Of a DNA stretch of 64,000 nt, positions 1 to 12,261 are shown in pieces. Source of the stretch: Dudresnaya verticillata. Its lineage: Eukaryota. Location: NCBI GenBank assembly GCA_977862235.1, contig OZ374561.1:1364001-1428000 (forward strand), written 5' to 3'. The position numbers were made by a program, and so were the translations under genes. The notes beneath the pieces were generated by a model. The model worked only from the letters and a program-made list of their open reading frames with translations, was not told where the DNA came from and made no database searches. Numbering within the stretch: the stretch's first letter is position 1; every line of letters begins with the position of its first letter.

Positions 1-435
1 CCCTTAAGTCCCACCGCCGGCGGCGGCGCCGCGGCGGTGGCGATTAGGGCTACTGTACACTAGCAAATAAACTAACACTAGAGTACAATAAACCAACACT
101 ACAGTAGCACAGTGTACCTACTGTACGTACACCGACACCAGCACGCTGTAAGACTTGTAATGACGCGTGCGTGTGCGCGTGTACACGTGTCACGGGTGTT
201 GCGCGTGTCTTGCGCGTGCTTGCGTGGCGGTGGCTGTTAGGCGGCGAGTGCGGCCCTGTAAAGGCGACGGCGGGGGAAAGCCCCAAGTGTGGGCGCGGGC
301 CCACTGTAGTGGTCAGCCACGGTCCAATGGGAAAGCCCAGCTTGGCTGCGCGCGTCGCGGACGCGCGCGAGCGATCACGCGCAAAAATGGGGTTATCAAC
401 CCCCAGCTCGGAGAGGGCCTGGGCGTTGCACCACA
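1..435 (-). mobile_element. Partial LTR of a further gypsy-type element, minus strand, running off the left edge of the window
   Basis: The minus strand starts TGTGGTGCAACG at 435, the same TGTGG start as the other LTRs here. It contains CACGTGTACACGCG (176-189, minus), also present in LTR1 and the solo LTR. Confidence 0.6.
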
Positions 436-1307
436 CCACGGTGTCAACGTATTCGTGTGCGGAAGGGAGAACTCGAGCGATCCATCACCGGGGATGACTC
501 CGGGTGCGCGGGGCTATCGAAAGAGAGGCTCGACCGTATCCGCGGTCACGAAGACGGAGACACCGAGCTCGAAGAAACAGGCGTTTACCGAAGACTCCGA
601 GGTCCGGGCGCTAGTCGCTTACCGGAAACCCTCGGAGGTTGTGCCAGACGACTGGCTAAGTAATACTACGTGAGCACGAATACACGTCAACGCGGGAGAC
701 CTGTCTTCTCGTACTCGAATGATTCGTAACGGCCTCGGTGCCAACGAACGGTCGCCTCACGGATGGTGGCGGTTACGAAGTGCGTCAGCGATACATACGG
801 AGGTGCGCGTGTCTCGTGAGCCCCGGTGCCGTTACGCGCGGGAAACAACGGGAAAGTCACGAAGGTGTCAGCAATTTCGTATCAGGTGCGCACTGTAATG
901 AGAATGCCATCGTGGCGCGCGCGACCACGAAGTTAGCTCGGGATTCGTCCGGAGGTGTCAGCGATTTCGTATCACGTGCGTGCTGTAATGCGAATACCAT
1001 CGTGGCGCGCGCACAGTATGCGCACTGTAATATGTTTGCCATCGTGGCATGCGCATTCACGGAGTCACTTCGAAATTCGTGTTACTCGATTATTTTCACG
1101 TAGACCACGGAGTCGTTTCGCGGATAGCGGCTATACCACACGTACAAGATCCGTGTTACAGTGCCCCGGCGTGCCATATCGGCCAACCACCGTAAAGTGC
1201 CCGCATAGCGCGCGGCGCAAAACGTGTGCGCGCGCCCCAGTGAGCCGTCGATGACGTGTTCGTGTGCCAACGGTGGTGGTGAGCGCCGGTGGCGGTTTCT
1301 CCGTCGG
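436..1307 (+). repeat. Left arm of a long inverted repeat (TIR-like end of a DNA transposon)
   Basis: Reverse complement of 25525-26394 over ~870 bp with scattered substitutions and small indels. Outer end is (C)CACGGTGTCAAC. Confidence 0.9.
861..1052 (+). repeat. Subterminal tandem repeats (~90-bp period) within the arm
   Basis: GGTGTCAGCrATTTCGTATCAsGTGCG..CTGTAATG.GAAT.CCATCGTGGCGCGCGC occurs twice, plus a partial third copy (CTGTAAT...CCATCGTGGC). Mirrored at ~25780-25972. Confidence 0.8.
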
Positions 1308-1346
1308 TCGACGTATTTGTGGCTCCGCTTTCAGCGAAAAAGGGGA

Positions 1347-1860
1347 TCACCCCCCCTTGCACCACAGTGGCGACTCGCTAGAATCAAGCATAACCACAGC
1401 AGGCGGCCCCCTCAGTGGGCTTCTCGCAAACGGAAACGCCCAGTTCTCCGTTATCAATGCGTGCATGATCCTCTCCATCTTCTTCTTATCCACACCGCCA
1501 AGTCTCTGCACCGCTTCTTAAGATCGCCGCGCCATAATTCTGCTACAGGCGTTCCGAAGCGCGATAGTCGCTGCTTTGCTGTATAATGGAGTGTATGGCA
1601 ACACTTCCACACTCTTAAACTCACCACGAGATTCTTCATCCCTGCATAATGTACTTGTCGCTGCAATTACATAGAAACCACAACTGAAGGCATCCTTCTG
1701 CTTTCCGCAATTCAACATACTCTTATCAGTAATCCAATTGTGTGCGGAGCGTCGCCATAACACTCCGGGATACTTTGATTTCAGACGTTCCGCAATATAC
1801 GTCAGCAAAGCTCGCTCGGTTCCACGACATGGTGAGGCGTTCAAACTGTCTCCCCAGCTC
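1347..1860 (-). pseudogene. Ulp1/SENP-like (peptidase C48) SUMO protease, C-terminal fragment
   Basis: ORF 1518-1937(-) contains GDSLN...KQKDAFSCGFYV, matching the D-S-L and Q-x-D-x-x-x-CG-x-Y-V catalytic-Cys motifs. The frame stays open past the TAA at 1518-1520 down to a TGA at 1347. The catalytic His region was not found, so it appears 5'-truncated. Confidence 0.6.
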
Positions 1861-2047
1861 AGGGGCCTCCTGAATAGAACTCCACGGGTGGGTTTGGGAT
1901 TTTGCTTGTTTCTCCAACTCACGAACTCACCGTACAATCGCTTTCAGGTTCTTTACGCGCTCTAGACACGCACGATAGCGTACTATACGTCTCCTAGGGT
2001 GGAACCTCCCCTTTCCCTTTTCCCTAGGCTTTGTGCCTTTCCCCCAT

Positions 2048-2460
2048 TGTAATACAGTGAAGGGCTTACAGAAGTGGGCCCTCTGCCCGCGTGTATGCGC
2101 GGAAATAGCGTTACCTATAGGGCGCCAGCAGGGACAAGATGGGTAGCCTATGATTGGCCCAAGTGTCACCCTGTAGGTCAGTAGCTTAGTATCTGTCTAT
2201 GTATTTTAGAAATTATAGCTTAGGATAGGGGGCGTGTATATAGCCCAGTATGAGGGGTGCTGCCTGACAGTCGGAGCACCATATAAGGGTATCTCCCGTA
2301 GCGGTCACCGAACAGTTAAGGTAAGCACCTTCCGGCCCCAATTACGTCTCCAAGCTATCGGCACCGCAGCACACTTGTCACCCGTGCCCGGTTAACCGCC
2401 CGCCCAGTGAACTACCTTCAGTATCGTGCTTCCAATCAAGTTACGTGCCCTCGTCTACCC
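2048..2460 (+). mobile_element. Possible truncated LTR fragment
   Basis: Starts TGTAATAC. Has a TATA-like TATATAG/ATATAAG and a segment (CACCGAAC...AAGGTAAGCACCTT...CCCAAT) resembling LTR2 (CACCGCAAC...GGTAAGCAACCTTAGCCCAAT). No CA end or TSD seen. Confidence 0.35.
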
Positions 2461-2567
2461 TGTGGTATAGACGCTATCCGTGAAATGACTCCGTGATCTA
2501 CGTGAAAATAACCGAGAAATACGAATTTCAAAGTGACTTCGTGAATGCGCACGCCACGATGGCACAC
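2461..2567 (-). repeat. Third, short and more diverged copy of the arm sequence; insertion site of element 1
   Basis: Reverse complement of ~1037-1139 and direct paralog of ~25692-25795. Ends exactly where LTR1 begins. Confidence 0.8.
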
Positions 2568-3207
2568 TGTGGTATAACGAGCGCTGGGGCGCTGTAAGGA
2601 GCCACGTGTACACGCGGCGCCTGTAAGGCGTGGCATACAGGAGTGAGATGGCTGCTCGCCATTGGAAAATTAACTACGTGAGCGCTATGCGCGCTGAGTG
2701 GTGGACACGCGCCATGATGGCACGTCTATTTTGGGTGTGGCGCCTTACAATGGCGCCGTACGTACGGAAGCGGTATGACCGCTCATTCCTATTTTTAATC
2801 GCTAGTGTAACTGTTAGTGTACAGTATTAGCTCACTGTTAGCATTATAGCTCTAACTGAGCGGGTAGTACCTTTTCGGCTCCCGCCGTATTTATTAGGCC
2901 CCTGAGTAGCAGGGGCCCCGCACTAAATGGGCAGCGGTGTGTGCCTTGGGTTTTTTCCCCTTTGTTGGACTCTCACGGTATCACCGCTACAACCCCCGTT
3001 AGGCGTTTACAAGCCGTGCTACCTACGACGACTGCTCTAAGCAGTACGGTTCGCCTTCCCTTTTCCCCCTCTTTTGCAGGGCTTGCCGCCCTCTCAAGTC
3101 TCTACCACCCCTTTTGGAGCTACCAACCACGCGAGTGGGATCACGCTTTCAGGACAGCTGTCGTGCTGTGTGGCCGTCTACTCTGGCTTGAAAGCCATTC
3201 TACTACA
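2568..3207 (+). repeat. 5' LTR of element 1 (640 bp)
   Basis: TGTGG...TACTACA. The first 99 bp recur at 16072-16170, and the PBS follows 1 nt later. Confidence 0.9.
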
Positions 3208-3208
3208 G

Positions 3209-3226
3209 TGGTCTCCCGACCTAGAA
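3209..3226 (+). promoter_or_regulatory. Primer-binding site of element 1
   Basis: TGGTCTCCCGACCTAGAA lies immediately after the LTR, begins TGG (complement of tRNA CCA) and is identical to 16851-16868. Confidence 0.85.
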
Positions 3227-3610
3227 CAAGTTCTCTGGGTTGACCCTTTTACTACCTTACCCCCGACGGGTCGAATCAAGACGCTCAAGACAGGACGGTT
3301 AGTCCCTTGAAGTTTCAAGAATTCTTCCTCTCGAAGGGTAAAACCCTAGTCGTCTAATTGTCGACGGTTTCTACGCTTTATTTCAAGCTCCGGAGTTACG
3401 TCAAATCTTGTGAGCAAGCAAACTACATTTACGGTTTTTAACCGTCCATAGAAGTACCTTTCAACGTCGGACTGACGCCCGGGTTGAGCTACTTCAACAG
3501 GTTTTCCGTGCATCCTGAGAAAACACGTGTAACGCTACGGTTCCGAACCGTCGAGAAGCCTGGGAAGAAGTCCCCGTTGCCTCGTCGGCAGAGCCGAAAA
3601 TTCCAAGAAG

Positions 3611-6322
3611 ATGCCAACATCTAATGGCGACACTACCCGGCCCGGGATAACGAGCCGTGGAGCTAGCCGAACTGGCAGTCTTGCATCCGTAAGGACGATT
3701 GGGGCTCGCACCCGTGCGGTTTCAACCGCCCTTATAAGAAATCCGGAAACGGATGAGCCGGGACGTCCGCCAAGAACGACGGGCGCCCCGGCTGGAGAAG
3801 AAGTCCCGGGGCCAGGTGTGTATCTGGTCCCGGAAGGAGAAACTACGGTTCGAACCGTCGGAGACCTCCCCGCTGACATCGGGGAGAATTTGGGTTCGAA
3901 CCCTGGAACGATGCCGCCATCCATGGTTTTAGCCAGTCTACAAGCCGAAGGTGGACGTGCCCTAGAAGAATATTACTCGGCGACCCCGGACGTGGGGCCG
4001 CCACCAAGAACGAATTACAATTCGTCGGGTGCGCGCTGCTTCACGGAATGTGAAATAGGGCGCCTAGTCGAATTGGGAATCGAACGGTCATTAACGACGA
4101 GCGTTGTAGCGCTCCTGGAAAGCCAAGCCGATGATACCTTTTCAAAGGTGAAGAGATATTTCGACGAGGCGTCGGCGCGCCGTGACGACCGCCTGTTGGC
4201 TAAGTGTCAACAAGAGATCGTATCTCGATTCCAACAAGGTCCTCTTTCAAGAGGATTAGAAGAAGAAAGGGTCGAAACCCTGCAAGCACAGGTTGATTCA
4301 CTGGGCGACCAGTTGGACGCCGTCCATGGAAATCTCCATACGCTTACCAAGGTTACCGACCTCACTCGAGAGGAAGCCGTAATGGCTATAGAAGACGTTC
4401 GTAGAAACGTAGACGACACAAGGTGTGTCGAACAAGACAGAGCGATCGAGCTCTTAAGACAAGAGCTTGATGCGGAAAAGCGGAAGGTTTCATTGCTGGA
4501 AGCAAGGATGCGGCGACTTAGCCGCGAGAGGGATTTAATCCCCGAGGTCGAGCGGCGACGCTCCCCTGTGCCCCGTGGTACGAAGGACCGTCGCAGGACA
4601 TCTCCGAGACGAAACTCGGATGTTGAGTCCGGGAACGACGACTTTGGTCGTGGGAGGTCTGAACACCGCCGGTGTGATTGCCGGACAGCTCACGGATCAA
4701 ACGCATGCCGCAACCCCAAGGACTCCCGACAAGACCGGCTCTCTAGCCGTAGGTTGGACGAACAACGTCAAAGTCACTTGCATCATACCCCGATGCAATC
4801 GGATGAGGACGAACCAACGTCTAGAGGCCTCTCCAGACCTTCCTGGAGTTCCTGGCGAGGACCCCGACGAGCGGGAATCAAGGAGTTGACTCCGCGAAAC
4901 CCTGCTTTTACCCAGGTCCTTTCATACAGAAGATATCGGTTGCTGAACGTCGATTCATATCGAGGACCCGAGGTGACCGAAGCCACGTCGAAGAAGATTA
5001 AACGGATTAAATCCGTGATGAGGAGTCGAAGATTCGATGGGAGTGACCCTGTTGCTATTATTGGCTTTCTAGCCACCTTAAAGCGACAGCTTGATAAAGC
5101 TCAAGTGAGTGAAGGTGCGGCCATCCTGGTCATACCCGAGTTCCTTGAAAAGGATGCAAAGGACATGTTCGAGGCGAACTTTGATGCAGCCGGAGACGAT
5201 AACGGCGGATTCAACGAATGGCCGGAAGCCATCAATTATCTTCTGCGTACCTACGCCAAGGATGTATACATCGAGAAGTTTTTCAGAAATGGGTATGATG
5301 ACTCAAGAGTCGGCCGAGGATGAAGTTTCGTTTTCTAGACGTCTGCAAAACAAGGCGCGAAAGGTCGCTGGAGTTTACTCCGAACAGGACTTGATAACTC
5401 GTTTTATACGTGGATTACTACCAGCGGTCAAACCACTCTTGAGCACGTCGGCTTTGGATCCTCGCTCTGCGCGATTGGCGGATTATGTGGAGCTGGCGAC
5501 AGCGCAAGGAGATTCACACCGCGCCCTAGCGGGTGGCGGACGTCTTCGGAAAGCGAGCTCAGCGCTATCTCACAAAACCCTGGCTCGGGTAAAGACTCAC
5601 AAGTCAGGACGCGCCCTCCTCATTCGTCAAAATAGGACTCAACGGTCCTCGGATTCGGATACCTCAAAGAGCACTAGTTCTGACGCGGACAGTGAAGACG
5701 CTGTCGTAGCAGCCATTGATAGCGAAGCGCCACCCTCTACAGTAACCCAATCAGACACGGGGTCGGGTGTGCCAAGCGACCGGCCGTACTACGGAGAAGT
5801 CGACGCCGTTCTTCAGAACTACAATAACAGGCTGCCTGCATGGGCACAACCTACGAGGACTCAACGTCCGGGATGGGTGACTCTCGAGGACATGCCAAAC
5901 GACATCTGCTTTGAGTGTCTTGGCGTAGGTCATAAAAAGCCTAATTGCCCCTATTTGGCTCGTACGGATGAACCGTCATTTGAAGCTTTAAAACGCCAGC
6001 AGTTTTACCAACTGTCCCGCGAACAGAAGGCATGGTTAGCCACCATCGGGCGCCTGCCCGAATTTGCAAACGGGAACACCCGCACGGAGCATCACGATTA
6101 TGCATCGTCAGGACGTGGAGCAGGGCCATCGAGAGGGCCTCCCCAAAATTTGGGGCCGGCCCCCGGTAGAAATACCCATGTCCAATTTCAAGGAGGGCTG
6201 AATCACCCAGTGGACGCGCCGCGACAGCAACCGACGGCGCCACGCTCGCCAAGACCAGGGTCCCGAACCCTCCGCCACCGCCACCGCTACCGCGGTCTCC
6301 TGCTAGTAGGCCGAAAAACTAG
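3611..6322 (+). pseudogene. gag: gag of element 1, frameshifted
   Basis: ORFs 3611-5323 and 5109-6326 contain a capsid-like FDGSDPVAIIGFL that aligns with element 2 gag, and a zinc knuckle CFECLGVGHKKPNC. There is an apparent indel near 5280 and probably another near 6255. The likely native end is ...SRPKN* at 6322. Confidence 0.8.
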
Positions 6323-9300
6323 CTAGGGGGGAACCGGTTTCGGTTCACTGGGCGACTCCGGTCGTATCAGTCATATCGGAACCCCCCGATCGTTCGGAGG
6401 AATCTGACTTCCTAAGCGCTTCCTCAACCGACCGATCGGTGTCACCGAAACTTCCGCCTCTTCTTCCAAAGAAGATATTAGCACGCCCCGTGGGCTTACC
6501 CCCCGGGTCTAAGTATCATGAGTATGTTAAGGACCCAATCTGCTCTCTCTCGCGATACAACTATAAAGTTGTCGCGTCCGTTGGGACCTCTGTTGAACAT
6601 TTAACTCAAGTACTCTCAGTACTGGACACGGGCGCGGGCCCTAACCTCATCAGAGCAGATGTGCTATCTTTGGAAGACAGAAAGAAGATTTCATCGAACC
6701 GCTCGATCGTTAACTTAACCTCAGCATCAAGCCACCGATTAACTACCTTCGGGATGATCTCCCTGGTCGTCAGGATTGGGACCTATACGGTTCGTCAACC
6801 GTTTGTCGTAGTCAAGGCTTTAGCCGTGGATATGATTTTGGGTTGTACCTATATCGATACCCACGTCGACGGGTTACGAGTGCGCAAGCAACACGTCGTC
6901 CTTCGAGACGGCTCGGTGCACCCGATTCTACGCCGCCGCTGCGGAATCCCGCGAGCTGAAAGCTCTGGCGAACCTATGGAGGTACCTCCTCTACCTAACT
7001 CGCGACTCGTCAGAGTTGCCCTAACTACTAATTTGAAACCCGGTTCGGAAACCTGGGTCGCCGTCACGTGTGCGGCTAAAGGAATTCACTTCCTGGATTC
7101 TTTTCAACGGCTGTACGACCGTCAACAAGTGGTCGTCACGAACGGAATCGTCACGCTTCAAGAGAACGTTCTTTTCCACGTAAAGATCGCAAACTTTTCA
7201 TCTCGCGTACAGCGACTCAACAAGAACCAAGTAATTGGCCGAGCCATCCCAGCTCCTACGGCCACGCCGGTCTATTCGGTTTCCATCGACCATGTCCCTG
7301 ACACCCCAGTCCCGACGTCGAAAGACTCGAGTCCTAAGTCAGAAACATCCTTCGATGTAGGGGGGCAGGGCTAGCTGCTGCTCTCGGCGTTGCCGACTCG
7401 AAGCCAGGCGTTAAAACCGCTACCGAAAACCTAACAGTCGACGACCTGACACTGGAACACCTCTCTGCGTTTGACAGACGTCGCGTCCGCAAAATGCTAC
7501 GACCGTTCGCTGACATGTGGAGCGGAAAGCTCGGGACCATCAAAGTCACAGAGCATCGCATCGAGCTTACTGACGGTTCCAAACCCGTATTCGCCCAACC
7601 ATATCGGTCAGGACCGAAAGCGCGACAAGCGGAACAAGACGAAGTCGATAAGATGCTCAAGGAAGGAGTCATAGAACCTGCGCGCTCGGAGTTTTCAAGC
7701 CCAGTAGTGCTGGTTAAGAAGCCTGACGGATCTCTCCGTTTCTGTGTCGATTACAGGAAACTGAATGCGATCACAATTAAGGATTCATGTCCTCTACCTC
7801 GAATGGATGAGTGTTTAGACTCATTGGGCGACGCCCAGTACTTTACAACTCTCGATTGTAATTCGGGCTACTGGCAAATACCCGTAGCAGCGGAAGATAA
7901 GGCCAAAACAGCGTTTACCTGTCATGCAGGTTGTTTCCAGTTCTGCCGAATGCCATTCGGATTGTGCAACGCGCCGGCGACCTTTCAGAGAACCGTTGAT
8001 ATCCTGTTATCGGGTTACCGATGGAAATCCTGTCTCGTCTACTTGGATGATATCATAATCTTCTCAAAGAGTGTCGACGAACACTTAGGACATGTTCAAG
8101 AAATACTCTCAGTATTGAAAGAAGCGGGAGTATCGCTCAAACTCAAGAAGTGCAACTTATTCACGAAGAGTGTGGATTACCTTGGCCACGTGATCAGGCC
8201 TGGACTACTGGAAGTAGCTACGAAGAATACCCAAGCCATTGAAGGCTTCAAAGAACCTAAGACTCAGACTCAACTACGATCGTTCATCGGGTTGTGTAAC
8301 GTCTACAGACGCTTTGTGCCGAACTTCGCACGAGTTGCATCGCCGCTTAATAGGCTTCTTCAGAAGGATGTGGGATTTGAACTACCTCCGTTTGATGAAA
8401 AGCAACGCGAAGCGTTCGAGTTACTGAAAAAGGCGCTCATAGCGCCACCGATTCTCCGACTTTCGAAGGAAGATAGACCTCTATCGGTGGACACCGACGC
8501 TTGTGACTATCAGATAGGGTGTGCCCTTATGCAAATGGAACCAGACGGAACCCGCCACCCTATCGGGTTTTGGAGCCGAGGCTTGACTCAGGCGGAACGG
8601 AATTACTCCGTCGGCGAGAAGGAATGCCTCGCGGTGGTCTGGGCCACGCAAATGCTTAGACCATATTTAGAAAGGTCGCATTTTGACTTGTACACCGACC
8701 ACCAGGCGCTCAAGTGGATGATGAGTATGACGGATGCATCTGGGCGATTAGCACGTTGGCGCTTGCGACTCCTCGAATACGACTTCACGGTTCAATACCG
8801 TAAGGGGAAGAAGAATCAGATAGCTGATGCCGTCTCTCGATTACCTACTTATGGTTTTACCAGCTGGGAACCAGATCTGGAGATTCCTTGCTTTGTAATC
8901 GCTGACAGTGATCGGTCTGACCTTCGTGACCCTTCGGATGGAAGAGATTCGCGAACGGATACCCCGTCCCGACCTTTGGAGGTCTGGGAGGTGGAACCCG
9001 AGGACGACTCAGTCGAGTTGTTACTCGAGGATGAACAACTAATAGCCAACGTGGCTGAGAAAGAAGTGGACGAAAAGAGTCCTTCTCTACTCACCGTGGA
9101 GGAAATTCTTCGCTCTCAGCGAACCGATCAATTCTGTATGGGTATCAAACTCGCCATCGAATCCGGAAGGCCAGGCTGCTATCTGGAAGATGAACGAGGA
9201 TTGATAGCCCGACGGTCTTATATAGACAAGACACTACAGGTAGTGATACCTAGAGTCCTTCAAGAACGGGTCCTACATCTCGCGCACTACCCGGAGATGG

Positions 9301-10907
9301 CCGGTCACCCCGGTGGGACAAGGATGTATCATAACTTGCGCCGACAAGTATTCTGGCCTGGCATGGCTCTAGCCGTATATGCGACAGTTCGAAACTGTGT
9401 GAAATGTGCACAGGAGCGTGTTCAGCTACGACAACACGCTTCTCATATGAAGTTGTTTCCGGCTACTATGCCGTTGGAGTTCGTGGGGATTGATATCCTA
9501 GGACCGCTACCTCGATCGAGCAAGGGCAACGAGTATCTGCTCGTGATGACGGACCGCTTCTCAAAGCTCACTCGAGCGATACCATTGAAAACGGTAACGG
9601 CTTATACTGTGGCGAAAGCGTTCTGTGAACATTGGATATACACCTACGGGCCTCCCCGTTATGTCCTGTCGGACAATGGTTCGCAGTTTGCGTCTAAGTT
9701 CTTCATAGCCGTCTGCGGCATTCTCAAGATTCGGAATCCGTTTACGTCGACCTATCATCCGCAGACGAACGGACAAACCGAAAGGTTCAATCGTACCCTG
9801 TTAGCCGGGCTGAGGCATTTCATTGCTGAAGACCAAAAAGATTGGGATGAATTCACGTCTGCTCTGACGTACGCATACAACACGACCGTTCATCGTGCGA
9901 CGGGTCTCGCGCCCGTTGACTTGGTTCTATCCAACCCGCCGACTTCACTTCTAATGGAGAAAGCAGAGACGGTAGACGTTGCGAACGTGCCAGCGGTTAA
10001 TGTCAAGAAGCGGCTGACCGCGCGGCTCGAGAAGCTGATGGATACAGCGTTACCACGTCTACGCATGGTACAACAGCTATATGAAGTCAACTTCAACAAT
10101 CGTATGCGTCTGACTAATCAGAAGTTGCGCCCGGGTAACTGGGTCTTCCTCGAGAGAGAGACGAAAATGAAAGACGCCAAGGGCGTGGCACGGGAAGGAA
10201 AGTTGTTTCCAAAGGCTCTCGGCCCATACAAGATCCTCGAGAGAGGAACGCACACTATCGTGTTGGAAAGGAATGGCGAAAGAGAATCAGTCTCTCTGGA
10301 CCGTGTCACTCTGGCCCCATCACCGGAAGAAGAGCTTGGAGCTCTAGGGCTAGCCCCACCCATCGTGGAGGCTACTCCTGGAAATGTGGAACCAGCAGGA
10401 CCAACTCTTGAGTCAATAGCCACCAATGCTCCCGGCGCCGCGCCGTCGCCGAAAGTTATAAGAGAGGAACCGCTGGAAGCGGGCGCGGAACAGGCAAATG
10501 CGCGGACTGGTGCCCCTCCGCGAGAAGTGATCGAGGATATCGATAGTGACGCTGGCCCGGTTTCTACCACCGGACCCCCTCGCGATGAGATTATCATACC
10601 GTCTGGCCTGAATGATGCCGGGCCAACGGTCGCACAGGGCCTAAGCTCTCCTCAAGCCCATGGAGAGCTGATCTCCCCTAATGCAGATGGGACGACCCCG
10701 CGTCGTAAGTTTTCACGCTTCAAGAAAGCCCCGCCACGGGAGCATGTTTATGACAAATTGGTCGACTACGACGCCGAGTCGAAACTGTACAAGGTGCGCT
10801 GGTACCAGTGCCCTGCATCACAGGACACCTGGGAACCGCGAGAGCACCTCCCAGCGAATATAGTCAAACGGTATCACCGTGCGAAGAGGATTCCCCTCTC
10901 GGAATAA
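6316..10907 (+). pseudogene. pol: pol of element 1: aspartic protease, RT, RNase H, integrase, chromodomain; one frameshift at ~7360
   Basis: Motifs: LDTGAG (PR), YLDD (RT), DTDAC...EKECLAV (RH), HHCC zinc finger with DDE core and GPY (IN), YKVRW...DTWEP (chromodomain). The PR ORF (6439-7374) and RT ORF (7494-10907) are in different frames across a G6 run. Confidence 0.95.
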
Positions 10908-11124
10908 CTACTGGTCGACCAGTCTGATGATAACTCAAGCGTCAAGAGTCGGTGCTACCTCGCGGCACGCTTACGTGTGTAACTCTACGCTAGGCAGAAG
11001 CCTTATAAGGAAAACGAAAATAACGTCCTATTCCGGATCGCCGAACCGATCCACGGGATAGAAATGGCTATGCCTATGTATATTAGTCTAACTGAATGGG
11101 ATTGACCCCGTTTGAAAATTGGAA

Positions 11125-11365
11125 AGGTATAGATACAAAGAAGGTTGGAAACCTTGGATAGATGTTTGGATAGATGTGGAACGGCTGAACTGGAAGTCCA
11201 AGAAAATGGATAGATGCAAAGAAGATTGGAAACCTTGGACAGATGTGAATAGATGGACTGGAGGTTCAAGCTGGGTAGATGAGCAGAAGCTCCAGATGTG
11301 GATAGATGTTTGGAAACATTTGGATAGATGAATTGGAAGTGGAAAGAAATGGATAGATGAGTTGG
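11125..11365 (+). repeat. Degenerate purine-rich tandem repeat (TGGATAGATG / TTGGAAACCTTGGA units)
   Basis: TGGATAGATG or near-matches recur roughly 8-9 times. AAAGAAG.TTGGAAACCTTGGA.AGATGT occurs twice. Confidence 0.75.
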
Positions 11366-12261
11366 AAACGCAAGACTGGAAGAGGATTATAAGGCTCAGG
11401 ACCTCAAGAGGACGATGGCGTAAACTACTATAGTAGTAACTACCGTTGCTACAGCAGAATTGACTGGCCAAGCGCCTAGACGCTGAGCAGTTACAACTAC
11501 AAGATGCGCTAGGTATAGCGGGATGCTTTCTCGTGATGGCTATCACCAATGGCTTTATCGACATATTGAACACACATATCTCCTATACCGCGGTCGCGGG
11601 ACGACCACTCAGTGGAAGGTCTACGAGAAACCTTACCCGTTGACTGAAGTCAAATGGCTGGCGTACTATAGCGAATTCGGTTATCATACACCGAACGGCT
11701 CCCCAAACCTCCTAAAGGGATAGGGAGGAGTAACCATCAGCGAACTAGATTTCGTTTGGGCGATCCATCCACGAACCAAAATTTGTCTGGCAGACAATCC
11801 CACGGCGAACCACACTGGCGCCAAAAACGCTCGCCTCTACAGTATCACAGAGTTCTACTGTAGAGGGGAGTTGACCATTGCTGGAGCCCTCTCGACTGGT
11901 CAACTTGCGGTTGGAGGCGGATTGACCCACGAATCAAATTCGTCTTGGTGTTCTACGCCACGGCGCGTGCGCCATGGCACCATGATGCCTCGGCAGTAGC
12001 AAGGAGCTTCGATGCCCAACTCCTCCAAGATGCCGATGGAAGTTGGAATATTCGCCATCGACCCACGCCCCCAATGAAGGGAACGCAGTCACAGACGCCC
12101 TTATATAGAGCGAATCGGCTTCCAGCCGAAGGGGATACAGTAACATCAATGCTTTACTTTAGCGGTTAAGCCGCTCTTTCCCAAGCAAGGCGAAGTACAA
12201 AGGCATCCAGACAGGATACAAGGGAAACGGTGATTACTACTTGGCTAGAGCCATCGGAGAC

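Noticed and set aside
457..1103. Short ORFs conserved in both inverted arms
   Set aside because: The conservation follows from the DNA repeat itself. No domain motifs and non-ATG starts.
7355..7374. Second programmed frameshift between protease and RT in element 1
   Set aside because: Element 2 has PR and RT in one frame. A 1-nt loss in the G6 run (mutation or sequencing error) is simpler.
11125..11365. CRISPR-like array
   Set aside because: The repeats are short, degenerate and irregularly spaced, the context is a eukaryotic retroelement, and there are no cas genes.
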